DNA of 42,668 nucleotides, taken from positions 1-42,668 of the forward strand of contig DKES01000014.1 of assembly GCA_002452615.1 (NCBI GenBank), given 5' to 3'. This document shows positions 9,015 through 18,571 of this stretch, in pieces. Below the pieces are notes generated by a model. It had not been told where the DNA came from. It searched no databases and worked only from the letters and a program-made list of their open reading frames with translations. Within the stretch, counting starts at the first letter, position 1; every line of letters starts with the position of its first letter. The position numbers were made by a program, and so were the translations under genes. The stretch is from Patescibacteria group bacterium UBA6816. Lineage in GTDB: Bacteria > Patescibacteriota > Patescibacteriia > UBA2591 > UBA6264.

Positions 9015-9015
9015 G

Positions 9016-10278
9016 ATGAAGGTTTATTTTTGTACTTTTGGTTGTAAGTTAAATCAAGCGGAAACTCAGATTTTAGAAAAAAAGTTTTCTCAGCAAGGTT
9101 GGGAAAAAACAAAAAATTTTTCCGAGGCAAAAATTTGTTTAATTAATTCTTGCGTGGTGACCCAAAAGGCAGCCAAAGAAGTCCGGCAAAAAATTCATCA
9201 AATTTTTGAGAAAAATCCCTCTTGTTTTTTAATCGTGGCCGGTTGTTTTACTCCAGAAATGAAAGAAAAGGAGAAAGAAAAAGTTAATCTATGGGTAAAA
9301 AATAAAGAGAAAGATAATTTAGACCAAAAATTAGCCCTTATTTTTAAAATCGCTCCAAAAAATAATTTGCCCCCAGAACATTTTCCTACCCGGGCTTTAA
9401 TAAAAATTCAATCAGGGTGTTTAAACTATTGTAGTTATTGTATTGTTCCTTGGATGAGAAATGAATTAATTAGCCGCCCGCAAAAAGACATTTTAGAAGA
9501 GATTATAGAAAAAGAAAAACAAGGATTTAAAGAAGTTGTTTTAGTGGGAACAAATATCGGTTTTTATTCTTGTCCCCAAAACAAAGTTGATTTAACCGGT
9601 CTTTTAAAAAATATTTTAGAGCAAACAGATAATTTAAGAATTCGTTTATCTTCTCTTTGGCCGACCCAGATTAAAAAGGATTTAATTTCTTTAATAAAAA
9701 AAGATCCGCGACTGTGTCACCATTTGCACCTTTCTATTCAGTCAGCCAGTAGTAAGGTTTTAAAAAAAATGAATAGAAATTATCAGGCCCCAGATTTAAA
9801 AAAAATAATTAAATCATTAAAAAAAATAAAGGACCTTAATCTAACTGCTGATTTTATTGTTGGTTTTCCCGGAGAAACAAAAAAAGACTTTAAAAAAACA
9901 AAAGATTTTGTTAAAAAAGGAGAGTTTTTAAAAATACATGTTTTTCGTTTTTCAGCCCGTCCCCAAACCAAAGCGGCTTTAATGAAAGAAATAGTGGCGG
10001 AGAAAGAAAAACACAAAAGAAGTCAAGAATTAATTCTTTTAGGAGAAGAAGTGAGTCGAAAAAGAAAAGAATTTTTTCTAAATAAAAAAGAATTAGTTTT
10101 ATTAGAACAAAAAAAGGGAGAGTATTGGCAAGGATTTACCTCTAATTATTTAAAAATTTTTATTCCGGAAAAAGATTTATTCAAAGTTGAATCTCAAAAT
10201 GATTTAAGAAATAAAATCAAAAAAGTTAAATTAACAGAAATTTTTTCAGGCGGGATTAAAGGAGAATTAATAAAGTAA
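9016..10278 (+). CDS. mtaB: radical SAM tRNA methylthiotransferase, MtaB/MiaB family
   Basis: 420 aa. Has the N-terminal UPF0004 cluster FGCKLNQAE and the radical SAM CxxxCxxC motif (GCLNYCSYCIVP). Start is coupled to the hisS stop. Confidence 0.75.
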   Translation: MKVYFCTFGCKLNQAETQILEKKFSQQGWEKTKNFSEAKICLINSCVVTQKAAKEVRQKIHQIFEKNPSCFLIVAGCFTPEMKEKEKEKVNLWVKNKEKDNLDQKLALIFKIAPKNNLPPEHFPTRALIKIQSGCLNYCSYCIVPWMRNELISRPQKDILEEIIEKEKQGFKEVVLVGTNIGFYSCPQNKVDLTGLLKNILEQTDNLRIRLSSLWPTQIKKDLISLIKKDPRLCHHLHLSIQSASSKVLKKMNRNYQAPDLKKIIKSLKKIKDLNLTADFIVGFPGETKKDFKKTKDFVKKGEFLKIHVFRFSARPQTKAALMKEIVAEKEKHKRSQELILLGEEVSRKRKEFFLNKKELVLLEQKKGEYWQGFTSNYLKIFIPEKDLFKVESQNDLRNKIKKVKLTEIFSGGIKGELIK

Positions 10279-10315
10279 AAACATAAATTATTAACCTAAA
10301 ATTAAAATAAATTTT

Positions 10316-11143
10316 ATGAATAAAGGAACGGCCAAAAATCCATTATCTAAAGACGGAAGCCAATATCATATTGGTTGCCGTCAAGGGGATTTAGCTCCTT
10401 ATGTTTTAATGCCCGGTGACCCTGGTCGCATTGAAAAAATTTCTCAAGACTGGAAAAAGAAAAAGCAAATTGCTTTTCAGCGAGAGTATAAATCTTTAAC
10501 CGGATTTTTTAAAAAAGTTAAAATTTCTTGCCTTTCTTCGGGAATTGGAGCCCCTTCTTTAGCTATTGCCGTGGAAGAAGCCGCCCGATTAAAAGTAAAA
10601 ACCTTTATCCGAGTAGGGAGTACTGGAGCCTTACAAAAAGGAGTTAATCCCGGAGATTTAATTATTAATACTGCCGGGGTTCGTTTAGAGGGAACATCAG
10701 AAAAATATGTGGCTAAAGAATATCCGGCCACGGCTAATTATGAAGTGGTCTTAGCTTTAATAGAAGCTTGTGAAAAATTAAAATACAAATATCATTTAGG
10801 AATTACTGCTTCCACTGATTCTTTTTATGTCGGAGAGGGAAGAAAAGGTTATCAAGGGTATGCTCCTTCTAATTTTGAAAATGTTTTACCAGATTTAAAA
10901 AAAGCTCAAGTTTTAAATTTAGAAATGGAAAGTTCAGCCTTGTTTGTTTTAGGAAATATTTATGGGTTAAGAACCGGAGCTATTTGCGCGGTTTTTGATA
11001 ATTTTACAACCAATCAATGGAAGGTTAAAGGAGAAGAAAAAGTTGGTCGCGCGGCCTCAGAAGCAGTTGTTATTTTAAATAAATGGGATAAAATAAAAAA
11101 GAGGAAGAATAAAAAATATATTTATCCTTCTTTAATCAATTAA
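10316..11143 (+). CDS. nucleoside phosphorylase (PNP/UDP family 1, uridine phosphorylase-like)
   Basis: 275 aa with motifs VLMPGDPGR, IRVGSTGAL and LNLEMESSALF, typical of the PNP_UDP_1 fold. Confidence 0.75.
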   Translation: MNKGTAKNPLSKDGSQYHIGCRQGDLAPYVLMPGDPGRIEKISQDWKKKKQIAFQREYKSLTGFFKKVKISCLSSGIGAPSLAIAVEEAARLKVKTFIRVGSTGALQKGVNPGDLIINTAGVRLEGTSEKYVAKEYPATANYEVVLALIEACEKLKYKYHLGITASTDSFYVGEGRKGYQGYAPSNFENVLPDLKKAQVLNLEMESSALFVLGNIYGLRTGAICAVFDNFTTNQWKVKGEEKVGRAASEAVVILNKWDKIKKRKNKKYIYPSLIN

Positions 11144-11162
11144 AAAAATAATTATTAAATTT

Positions 11163-11414
11163 ATGAAAAATTTTAAAAGATTTTTAAAGGTTGGAGCCTT
11201 AAGTACTTTTTTCGGTTCTATCTTAGGGGTTTTATTCGCTAAAAAATCAGGAAAAGAAACCAGAAAAGAATGGAGTAAAAAAGCGGACCAAGTTAAGGAT
11301 AAGGCCGTAGATTTAGGGAAAAAAATTGGGACTGAAAGTCAGGAAATAAAAGAAGAAGCACAAAAAACCTTAGAGGAGATTAAAGAGGCCTTTAAAGAAG
11401 AAAAGAAAAAATAA
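11163..11414 (+). CDS. YtxH-like small protein
   Basis: 83 aa. An N-terminal hydrophobic helix is followed by a charged helical region (SGKETRKEWSKKADQ), as in YtxH domains. Confidence 0.5.
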   Translation: MKNFKRFLKVGALSTFFGSILGVLFAKKSGKETRKEWSKKADQVKDKAVDLGKKIGTESQEIKEEAQKTLEEIKEAFKEEKKK

Positions 11415-11418
11415 AAAT

Positions 11419-11625
11419 ATGTTTAAGGTTAAATTAGACAAAGAAAAATGTATTGGTTGTGGAAGTTGTGCCGCTGTTTGCCCGGGAAACTTTACCATGG
11501 ATTCAGACAATAAAGCTAAAGTAATTAAAGAGGAAGTGGAGAGTTTGGGTTGTAATAAAATGGCCGAAGAAGTTTGTCCAGTTTCCGCGATTGAAGTTCA
11601 ACCAGTTAAAGAGGCAAAAATTTAA
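11419..11625 (+). CDS. 4Fe-4S ferredoxin
   Basis: 68 aa. Has CIGCGSCAAVCP plus a distal C...CP. Confidence 0.8.
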   Translation: MFKVKLDKEKCIGCGSCAAVCPGNFTMDSDNKAKVIKEEVESLGCNKMAEEVCPVSAIEVQPVKEAKI

Positions 11626-11679
11626 TTATTAAAAGAAAGGGGTTGGTGACCTTAAAAAACTTTTAAGATTTAGAAAATT

Positions 11680-12069
11680 ATGATTGTAGAAGTCAATAAA
11701 CTAGTTGAAGCCCGGGTTAGTAAAAAATTTATTTGTTCTCTTTTACAAAAAGCTCATCGCCAAATAAAACCCCAGAAAAAGATTAAAGAAATATCCGTAG
11801 CTTTAGTTGGTTCTAAGGAGATAAAATTATTAAATCGTCAATATCGAAAAGTCAACCAAGTGACTGATGTTTTGTCTTTTACTGACCCCGCTCAAATTGT
11901 TATTTGTTGGCCTCAAGTAGTGATTCAGTCTAAAAATCAAGGTCATAGTCAAAAAAAAGAATTAAGTTTTCTTTTGGTGCATGGATTTTTACATATTTTA
12001 GGGTATGAACATAAAACCAAAAAAGGAGAAAAAATAATGAATAAAAAAATAGAAAAAATTATTTCTTAA
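11680..12069 (+). CDS. ybeY: rRNA maturation endoribonuclease YbeY
   Basis: 129 aa. Has the zinc motif HGFLHILGYEH and the upstream TDVLSF motif. Confidence 0.85.
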   Translation: MIVEVNKLVEARVSKKFICSLLQKAHRQIKPQKKIKEISVALVGSKEIKLLNRQYRKVNQVTDVLSFTDPAQIVICWPQVVIQSKNQGHSQKKELSFLLVHGFLHILGYEHKTKKGEKIMNKKIEKIIS

Positions 12070-12087
12070 CTAATTAATTAATTTTTT

Positions 12088-13320
12088 ATGTCTCGACAAT
12101 CAATCATTACCGGGATTGACCTCGGTTCGTCCACAATTAGAATTGCAGTGGGGCAAATTCGACCAGAAGGAGATTTGCATATTATTGGTTTAGGAGAAGG
12201 TTCTTCTGATGGAATAAACAAAGGGGTTATTACGAGTATTGAAGATACGGTTTCTAGTATTTCTGCTTGTACGGAAAAAGTGGAAAGAATGATTGGTCAG
12301 AATATTGAAGATGTTTGTATTGGCATTTCTGGAACTCATATTATTTCTCAGGAAAGTCGAGGAGTAGTGGCTGTTTCTGGAGCAGACGGAGACATTAAAA
12401 GAGAGGATGTAGAAAGGGTTTTAGAGGCGGCGGAAAAAGTAGCCACCCCACCTAATTATGAAATTATTCATGTTTTGCCCCGCAGTTTTTCCGTAGACAA
12501 ACAAGTGGGAATTCTTGACCCCGTAGGCATGACCGGAGTGAGATTAGAAGTAGAGGCTCAAATTATTTTAGGATTATCTAATCAGATTAAAAATTTAAAT
12601 AAATGTTTTCATCGCGTCGGAATTGATGTTAATAAAACAGTTTTTACTGTTTTAGCCACTGCCGAAGCGGTTTTAGATAAGCAACAAAAAGAATTAGGAG
12701 CGGTGATAGTTAATATTGGCAGCGCTACCACTAGTTTTGCTGTTTTTGAAGAAGGAGACGTTTTAACGGCCAAAGTGTTACCTATTGGCGCTCGGCATAT
12801 TACCAATGATTTAGCCATTGGATTAAGAGTCCCGGTAGAGTTGGCAGAATTAATTAAAATTAATTATGGTACTTCTTTGCCAGAAAAAGCCGGGCGGAAT
12901 AAAATTATTAATTTTAAAGATTTAAGTGAAAAAGAAGAAGGAACTGTTTCTCAGAAAAAAGTCGCTCAAATTATTGAAGCCAGGTGTGAAGAGATTTTTA
13001 AAATGGTAGATAAAGAGTTAGCCGAAATTGGGAGAAAGAGTAAATTACCGGCTGGAGTTATTTTAACCGGGGCCGGAGCAAAATTAGACGGATTAGTAGA
13101 AACAGCTAAAAAGGTTTTTAAAACCCCGGCTTCATTAGGTTCTCCTCAAGGATTTATGAGTGGAATTAACAAGGCCTTTGACCCTAGTTTTTCTACAGCG
13201 GTGGGATTAGTTTTATGGGGAAAATCCGAGAACAAGCAAGAATTTTCTCGTCTTTCTTTTTCTTCAAGAAAAACAAAAGATTTTATTAAAAAAATTTTTA
13301 GAAAAATTTCTTCCACTTAA
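12088..13320 (+). CDS. ftsA: cell division protein FtsA
   Basis: 410 aa with an actin/HSP70 fold (GIDLGSSTIRIAV, VNIGSATTSFAVFE, ILTGAGAKLDGL). Lies directly upstream of ftsZ. Confidence 0.9.
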   Translation: MSRQSIITGIDLGSSTIRIAVGQIRPEGDLHIIGLGEGSSDGINKGVITSIEDTVSSISACTEKVERMIGQNIEDVCIGISGTHIISQESRGVVAVSGADGDIKREDVERVLEAAEKVATPPNYEIIHVLPRSFSVDKQVGILDPVGMTGVRLEVEAQIILGLSNQIKNLNKCFHRVGIDVNKTVFTVLATAEAVLDKQQKELGAVIVNIGSATTSFAVFEEGDVLTAKVLPIGARHITNDLAIGLRVPVELAELIKINYGTSLPEKAGRNKIINFKDLSEKEEGTVSQKKVAQIIEARCEEIFKMVDKELAEIGRKSKLPAGVILTGAGAKLDGLVETAKKVFKTPASLGSPQGFMSGINKAFDPSFSTAVGLVLWGKSENKQEFSRLSFSSRKTKDFIKKIFRKISST

Positions 13321-13340
13321 TTTTAAATTTATTGAAAGAT

Positions 13341-14528
13341 ATGGCTGAAAAAAAAACAAAAAAAACAACTTCTAGTAAAACAGGAACAGCAAAGATAAAA
13401 GTAGTGGGAGTGGGAGGAGCCGGAGGTTCGGCAATTCAAAGAATGGTGGCCGCTAAAATTTTAGGGGTAGAATATATTGCTATTAACACAGATAATCAAG
13501 CCCTGAGTAATTTAAGTAGAAATATAAAAAAAATTCGCATTGGCCAAATAACTAAAGGACAAGGAACAGGGTCTGATGTTAATTTAGGACAACAAGCAGT
13601 AGAAAAAAATGCGAGTGAAATTAAACGGGCTTTACAAGGAGCTGACGTTATTTTTTTAACCGCTGGTTTTGGAGGAGGAACTGGTACTGGAGGAACCATG
13701 GCCATCGCTGATTTATTAGAAAAAACCAAGGCCTTAACCGTAGCCATTGTGACAAAACCTTTTTCATTTGAGGGTTCACAAAAGAAGTCAATCGCGGAAA
13801 AGGGGATTAAAAAAATATCTAATCGGGTTGATTCTTTTATTCCTATTTTCAATGACAAGCTTTTACAAGTAATTGACCAATCCACGCCTCTTTTAGAGGC
13901 TTTTGATATTGCCGACGAAGTTTTAAAACAAGGGGTTCAAGGAATTTCTGATATTTTAAATATTCCAGGATTAATTAACATTGATTTTGCTGATGTTAAA
14001 CCAATTCTTCAAGGAGCAGGAAAAACCTTATTAGGGATTGGTTATGGACAAGGAGAAGAAAGGGTTAAACAAGCTGTTCAAGGCGCGCTTAAAAATTCCT
14101 TAATGAGTCTTTCCATTAAAGGAGCCACCGGAGTAGTTTTTGTAATCACTGGTTCACCTGATTTAAAAATGATGGAAGTTAATGAGATTGCTGAAATGAT
14201 TACAGAACAAGTTGACCCGCGAGCCAAAGTAGTTTTTGGGGCAGTGATTGATAAAAAATTAAAAGATAAACTTAAAATAACTTTAATTGCCACTGGATTT
14301 GACCGGGCTCATTACCATGGTTTTGAAGCCCAGGATTTAGAAGAAGAGGAAGAAGATGATTTTACTTCTCCAAGGATAATTTCTCAAGAAAAAGAAATTC
14401 ATGTTTATAAAAATGATGACTCATTAAACCAAGAAGACGAGAAAATAAAAACAGATTTAAAAACAGGCATAGAAGATGAATTAGAAATTCCAGCTTTTTT
14501 AAGAAAAAAATCTCGAAAAAATAAATAA
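13341..14528 (+). CDS. ftsZ: cell division GTPase FtsZ
   Basis: Has the tubulin signature GGGTGTGG, the NTDNQAL motif, an acidic linker and the conserved C-terminal peptide EIPAFLRKK. The ORF track starts at TTG 13332; the ATG at 13341 is preferred here. Confidence 0.95.
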   Translation: MAEKKTKKTTSSKTGTAKIKVVGVGGAGGSAIQRMVAAKILGVEYIAINTDNQALSNLSRNIKKIRIGQITKGQGTGSDVNLGQQAVEKNASEIKRALQGADVIFLTAGFGGGTGTGGTMAIADLLEKTKALTVAIVTKPFSFEGSQKKSIAEKGIKKISNRVDSFIPIFNDKLLQVIDQSTPLLEAFDIADEVLKQGVQGISDILNIPGLINIDFADVKPILQGAGKTLLGIGYGQGEERVKQAVQGALKNSLMSLSIKGATGVVFVITGSPDLKMMEVNEIAEMITEQVDPRAKVVFGAVIDKKLKDKLKITLIATGFDRAHYHGFEAQDLEEEEEDDFTSPRIISQEKEIHVYKNDDSLNQEDEKIKTDLKTGIEDELEIPAFLRKKSRKNK

Positions 14529-14564
14529 AAAAATCCTTTTTTATTTGTGGATAAATTTTATTTT

Positions 14565-14593
14565 ATACACCGGTTGAACCGGTGTATTTTTTA
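14565..14593 (+). terminator. rho-independent terminator after ftsZ
   Basis: ATACACCGG / CCGGTGTAT form a 9-bp stem with loop TTGAA, followed by TTTTTT. Confidence 0.8.
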
Positions 14594-14607
14594 ATAATTA
14601 AGTAAAA

Positions 14608-14636
14608 TTGACAAAAAAAGATTTTTGTGCTAATCT
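14608..14636 (+). promoter_or_regulatory. promoter (TTGACA-N17-TAATCT) for the 14678 ORF
   Basis: Hexamers at 14608-14613 and 14631-14636. Confidence 0.5.
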
Positions 14637-14677
14637 AATAAAAGATTAATTAATTTCTAATCAATAATAATAATCTT

Positions 14678-15001
14678 ATGACGGAAAAAAATTATTTAAA
14701 AGAAAACCTTATTTCTGCTTTAGGAATAGAATCTCTATCTGACGAAAAAAAAGCAAGTTTAATTGAAAAAATGGCTGAATTAACAGAAAAAAGAATTATT
14801 TTACGTTTAATGGAAGAATTACCTGAATCAGCCCACCAAGAGTTTGAAAAAATTGCTGGAGAAGGAGACCAAATAAAAATTCAATTTTTACAAGAACGAG
14901 TTCCTAATTTAAGGGAAATTATTCAAGAAGAAGTGGGAAAAGTAAAAAAAGAAATTTTAGAACAAGGAGAAAAAATAGACCAAGAATTAAAAGAGGCTTA
15001 A
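14678..15001 (+). CDS. hypothetical small acidic helical protein
   Basis: 107-aa ORF with its own promoter. Begins MTEKNY, like the next ORF. No family recognised with confidence. Confidence 0.6.
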   Translation: MTEKNYLKENLISALGIESLSDEKKASLIEKMAELTEKRIILRLMEELPESAHQEFEKIAGEGDQIKIQFLQERVPNLREIIQEEVGKVKKEILEQGEKIDQELKEA

Positions 15002-15049
15002 AACTATACTTATTATAATTATATATTTAATTTATTTTAATTTTTAAAT

Positions 15050-17683
15050 ATGACGGAAAAAGATTTTTTTAAAAATTTGTCAGACCAAGAATCAGATAAG
15101 GGGAAAGAAGAAGAAATAGAGGTTCCAGATTTAACAAAAGAAGAAATAGAAGAAGTAGAAAAGTTAGACAAAGAAAAAATAGAAGATTTAGAAAAAGAAA
15201 TAAATAAAGACCTAGAAAAAGAAAAGGTAGAAAAGGAAACAAAAAAAGAACCAGCAAAAGAAAAAGAAAGTGATAAAAAGGAAAAGACAGAAGAGAAAAA
15301 AGAAAGTAAAAAAGAGAAAACTTTTCAAGAACTTCAACAAGCCAGGGATAATTTAATTAAAGCTGAGATTAATTTTAAAAAATATCAAGGAATTAAAGGA
15401 TTTTTTAAATCAATTGGAGATGGTAAAGACAAGGTTGAACAAGAATATGAAAAAGCAAAAAAGGAATATGAAGGGAAAAAGGCAGAAATTTTTGGAGAAA
15501 ACCTCAATTCATTTTTAAATGAAAGATTAGTTTTAACAGATTTGCGGGCCCAAGAATATAATCAGGAAAAAGGATTTGGTCAAAAATTTTATGATAGCTA
15601 TAAAAAATTAGGGGAATGGAATATTGCCCGACTTTTAGGTAAAGAAACTATTGAAAAATTAGAAAGTCAAGAAGATGACCCCCGAGTTAAGAAAATTCTT
15701 AAAGGAACCGGAAGATTTTTAACCAAAACTCTTTCTGTTAGATTGGGAATTAGTTTTGGTTTATTAGGAGCGGGGTTTGCTTTTGGTGGGGGAATTGGTT
15801 TAGCTGGCGCATTAGCGGCTCGAAAAGGTTTAATTGGAGTAGGAACTGGTTTTGGTACTTATGATTTAATAAAAATGTTTGGTGAAAAAAAAGAATTAAA
15901 AAGGGGGATGAAAAAAGAATTAACCCCAGCAGAATTAGCAAAAATGAACAACGATGAAATTTTAGAAAGAATGACTTTTCTTGAACAAGAGGCCGAAAAT
16001 ACCGGAGAAGAATTAGGTCAGAAAAATAAATTATACAACTCTTTAAAAGAGCAATTTTTAAGAAATAATAAAGAAGTTGACCCTTCTGATAAATTTGATA
16101 TTTTAATAAAAGGGATGGATGAGAAATTAGAAGAAGCAAGAAAAAGGGCTCAAGAAAAAGATTTGAAAAGAAAGGGGATTGCCATAGGAGTGGGAACATT
16201 TATGGGTAGTGGTTTGTTTGGTCAGGCCCTGGGAGAGGGAAAGGACTTTATTTCAGATTTATTTAAAGGAGAAGCCGTTACAGCTGCAGCAACAGAAGAA
16301 TTTGTTTCTAATACCGCGACCGAAGGAGTAGATTTAGCATCAGAGGTTCCAGTTGAAGAAGTGCCAGTATCAGAGGCTCCTATTGAAGAATTAAGTGAAG
16401 AGCCTTTAACAGAATCAGAAATAGAAAAAGAAATAAAAGATTTAAAAGCGGAAAAAGAAGGAATTGCAGCTGGTTTAACTGCGGCCGCAGAAGAAAGTGA
16501 GGAAGTTTTTGTTCCAGAATCATTAGAATATCAAGGTGGAACAAGTATTTGGAAAGAAGTAGAAAATCAATTAAAAGAGAGAAGTGTTTTTAAACAAGTT
16601 TTTGAAGGAGCAGACCAAGCTGAACAGACTCATGCCATTGATTATTTTAAAGATAAAATTGCGGCTGACCCGCAAGAATATGGATTAGCTGAAGGAGTAG
16701 ACGTAGATGAATTAACCGCGGACCAAATGGAAAAAATTGATTGGAATAAATTAATGGAATTAGAAGACCCAGGAGAGGTTGATAAGGCTTTTCCTGAATT
16801 AAGTGATTCTGCCAAACAAAATATTATAGAGAATGATAAAATTTTACAAGAATATGGGCAAAAAACCGGGGAAGCACTAGACACTGATACGGTAGACCAA
16901 GTTTTAAATGATGTCAAAGAAGCGGGTGGAGTAGAAAATTATTTAAGGTCAGAACAGGTTAGTCAAGCCACTAGTTTAAGTGAATTAAATGAACTGGGGG
17001 TGGAAAATATGACTGAAGAACAAGAACGATTATGGGCAATCTATAATGAATACTTAGGAACTAATATTGATGATTATACTCCGGTTTCAGAAGGAGCTCA
17101 AAAAGGGGCCGAAGAATATTTAAATAGTTTAGACCCGGAACAATATGATCAATATTCAGATATTAAAGCGGCTGTTCAAGAAATTCGGGCGAATCACCTT
17201 AATGAAGAATTACAAAAAGGGCAAGGATTTTTACATTTTGGCCAGCCAGACCCGGAAAAATTAATAGAACATGTTCAGGCCCTAACAGAAACCTATAATT
17301 TAGGAGAAAAAGAACAAGCATTTTTTTCCCAATGGTTAGCCGGGGAAGACGGAGTTTTAAAAGCAGATGATTTTAAAGATTTTCTTAGCGGAGAAAAATT
17401 AGATAATTTTAATTTAGAGAAATTTGATGAATCCATTGAAATCTGGCAAGAAAAGGCTCAAAGTATTGAATTGCCCCAAGAAAATATTTGGGAGCCAAAA
17501 TATATTATAAATGAACAAGGTGAAAAACAACTAGTTAATATTAGAGCCGCAGAAGATGGTTATCAAATAGATAGTGTGGGAAACGGAGAAGCTGACGGCA
17601 ATATTTTTATTGGACACAGTAGCGGTTTTTATAAGGCAGATGAAATAAGACAAATTTTACCAGGAGCCCAAATAGAGGGCTAA
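15050..17683 (+). CDS. hypothetical large protein: K/E-rich coiled-coil N-terminus, Gly-zipper hydrophobic segments, long acidic C-terminal region
   Basis: 877-aa uninterrupted ORF. Hydrophobic Gly-rich stretches are encoded at about 15731-15880 and 16174-16240. No known catalytic motif recognised. Confidence 0.8.
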   Translation: MTEKDFFKNLSDQESDKGKEEEIEVPDLTKEEIEEVEKLDKEKIEDLEKEINKDLEKEKVEKETKKEPAKEKESDKKEKTEEKKESKKEKTFQELQQARDNLIKAEINFKKYQGIKGFFKSIGDGKDKVEQEYEKAKKEYEGKKAEIFGENLNSFLNERLVLTDLRAQEYNQEKGFGQKFYDSYKKLGEWNIARLLGKETIEKLESQEDDPRVKKILKGTGRFLTKTLSVRLGISFGLLGAGFAFGGGIGLAGALAARKGLIGVGTGFGTYDLIKMFGEKKELKRGMKKELTPAELAKMNNDEILERMTFLEQEAENTGEELGQKNKLYNSLKEQFLRNNKEVDPSDKFDILIKGMDEKLEEARKRAQEKDLKRKGIAIGVGTFMGSGLFGQALGEGKDFISDLFKGEAVTAAATEEFVSNTATEGVDLASEVPVEEVPVSEAPIEELSEEPLTESEIEKEIKDLKAEKEGIAAGLTAAAEESEEVFVPESLEYQGGTSIWKEVENQLKERSVFKQVFEGADQAEQTHAIDYFKDKIAADPQEYGLAEGVDVDELTADQMEKIDWNKLMELEDPGEVDKAFPELSDSAKQNIIENDKILQEYGQKTGEALDTDTVDQVLNDVKEAGGVENYLRSEQVSQATSLSELNELGVENMTEEQERLWAIYNEYLGTNIDDYTPVSEGAQKGAEEYLNSLDPEQYDQYSDIKAAVQEIRANHLNEELQKGQGFLHFGQPDPEKLIEHVQALTETYNLGEKEQAFFSQWLAGEDGVLKADDFKDFLSGEKLDNFNLEKFDESIEIWQEKAQSIELPQENIWEPKYIINEQGEKQLVNIRAAEDGYQIDSVGNGEADGNIFIGHSSGFYKADEIRQILPGAQIEG

Positions 17684-17803
17684 CCAGTCCAAGCAAGTAG
17701 TGTACCAGAATCAGTAGTAGCAGAAGAAGCTACAGAGACTGAACCAGCAGTTGAAGAAGAGGCTTCAGAATGGATTTTTAAAATAAATAGAACATAAAAA
17801 AAG

Positions 17804-17831
17804 AAAGGCGGACAATTTTTGTCCGCCTTTT
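17804..17831. terminator. bidirectional rho-independent terminator between convergent genes
   Basis: GGCGGAC / GTCCGCC stem at 17807-17813 and 17821-17827. An A-run lies upstream and TTTT downstream. Confidence 0.85.
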
Positions 17832-17835
17832 GGTA

Positions 17836-18462
17836 TTACCGGCGTTTTTTAGTGGAGCAATAAGCCTTTTCTAAACAAACCACCTTTTTTTCTAAATCAG
17901 CTACTTTTTTAACTTGGCTGATTTGTTCCGGGGTTAATTTAGCCAGGACTTTGTCCCACAATTCTTGGTTGCCACAGACCACGTATTGGTCAAAGACTTT
18001 TTTTCCCTCAGAGTTCCATTTAGCACCATAAGCGGCTTTAAAAATTAATTCCACCAGGTCATTGGTTTTTCGGCCGTGGGCGTGGAGAACTCTCTGAGTT
18101 TGTTCCAAATCTTTTTTTAATTCGACCAAAGCCTTATCCTGGGATTTTTGTTTTTCTTCCACAGAAGTAACTCGTTGTTCCAGGGGCTTTACTCTTAAGT
18201 CAGTATAACTGATTGAGGCGGCATAAACAGAATCAATTTTTTTATCAAGAACTTCCCACTGATTCTGCATTTTTTGGTCTAAAGATTTGGTTCTTTGGTC
18301 CAAGGTTCCAATACTTTTGGTGGTTTTTTTAGCCAGGTCAATGATTTCATTATCAAAATCATTTTTTACTGCCTTGAGCATGGGTCTGCTGACATAAAAA
18401 AACATAATGAAGATAATAGCAATACCTAAAATCCCCATTATCAGGAAATCTTTCTGTTTCAT
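17836..18462 (-). CDS. hypothetical membrane-anchored coiled-coil protein
   Basis: 208 aa with an N-terminal TM helix (FLIMGILGIAIIFIMFFYV), then heptad-rich K/E/Q sequence. A perfect SD AAGGAGG lies 8 nt upstream of the ATG. Confidence 0.75.
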   Translation of the reverse strand: MKQKDFLIMGILGIAIIFIMFFYVSRPMLKAVKNDFDNEIIDLAKKTTKSIGTLDQRTKSLDQKMQNQWEVLDKKIDSVYAASISYTDLRVKPLEQRVTSVEEKQKSQDKALVELKKDLEQTQRVLHAHGRKTNDLVELIFKAAYGAKWNSEGKKVFDQYVVCGNQELWDKVLAKLTPEQISQVKKVADLEKKVVCLEKAYCSTKKRR

Positions 18463-18489
18463 TTCTAAAACCTCCTTTTTGTTATTTTA

Positions 18490-18517
18490 AGTATAGCAAA
18501 TTTTCAGATTTTGTCAA
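18490..18517 (-). promoter_or_regulatory. promoter (TTGACA-N16-TATACT) of the 17836-18462 gene
   Basis: On the minus strand, TTGACA lies at 18517-18512 and TATACT at 18495-18490. Confidence 0.55.
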
Positions 18518-18571
18518 TCTTAAAACCCCTTTTCTAATAACCCGTGAAAAAACCTCTCACAGGAAACTTCT

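Noticed and set aside
14546-14554. Perfect DnaA box TGTGGATAA just downstream of ftsZ, considered as a possible oriC.
   Set aside because: It is a single isolated box. The only other exact match (18964-18972) is inside gyrB coding sequence (VVDNG). No box cluster, AT-rich unwinding element or dnaA/dnaN neighbourhood is visible.
15069-16917. Minus-strand ORFs 15069-15257, 15750-16199 and 16642-16917 opposite the 877-aa gene.
   Set aside because: These Leu/Phe-rich translations are the mirror image of GAA/AAA-rich sense codons. They are shadow ORFs.
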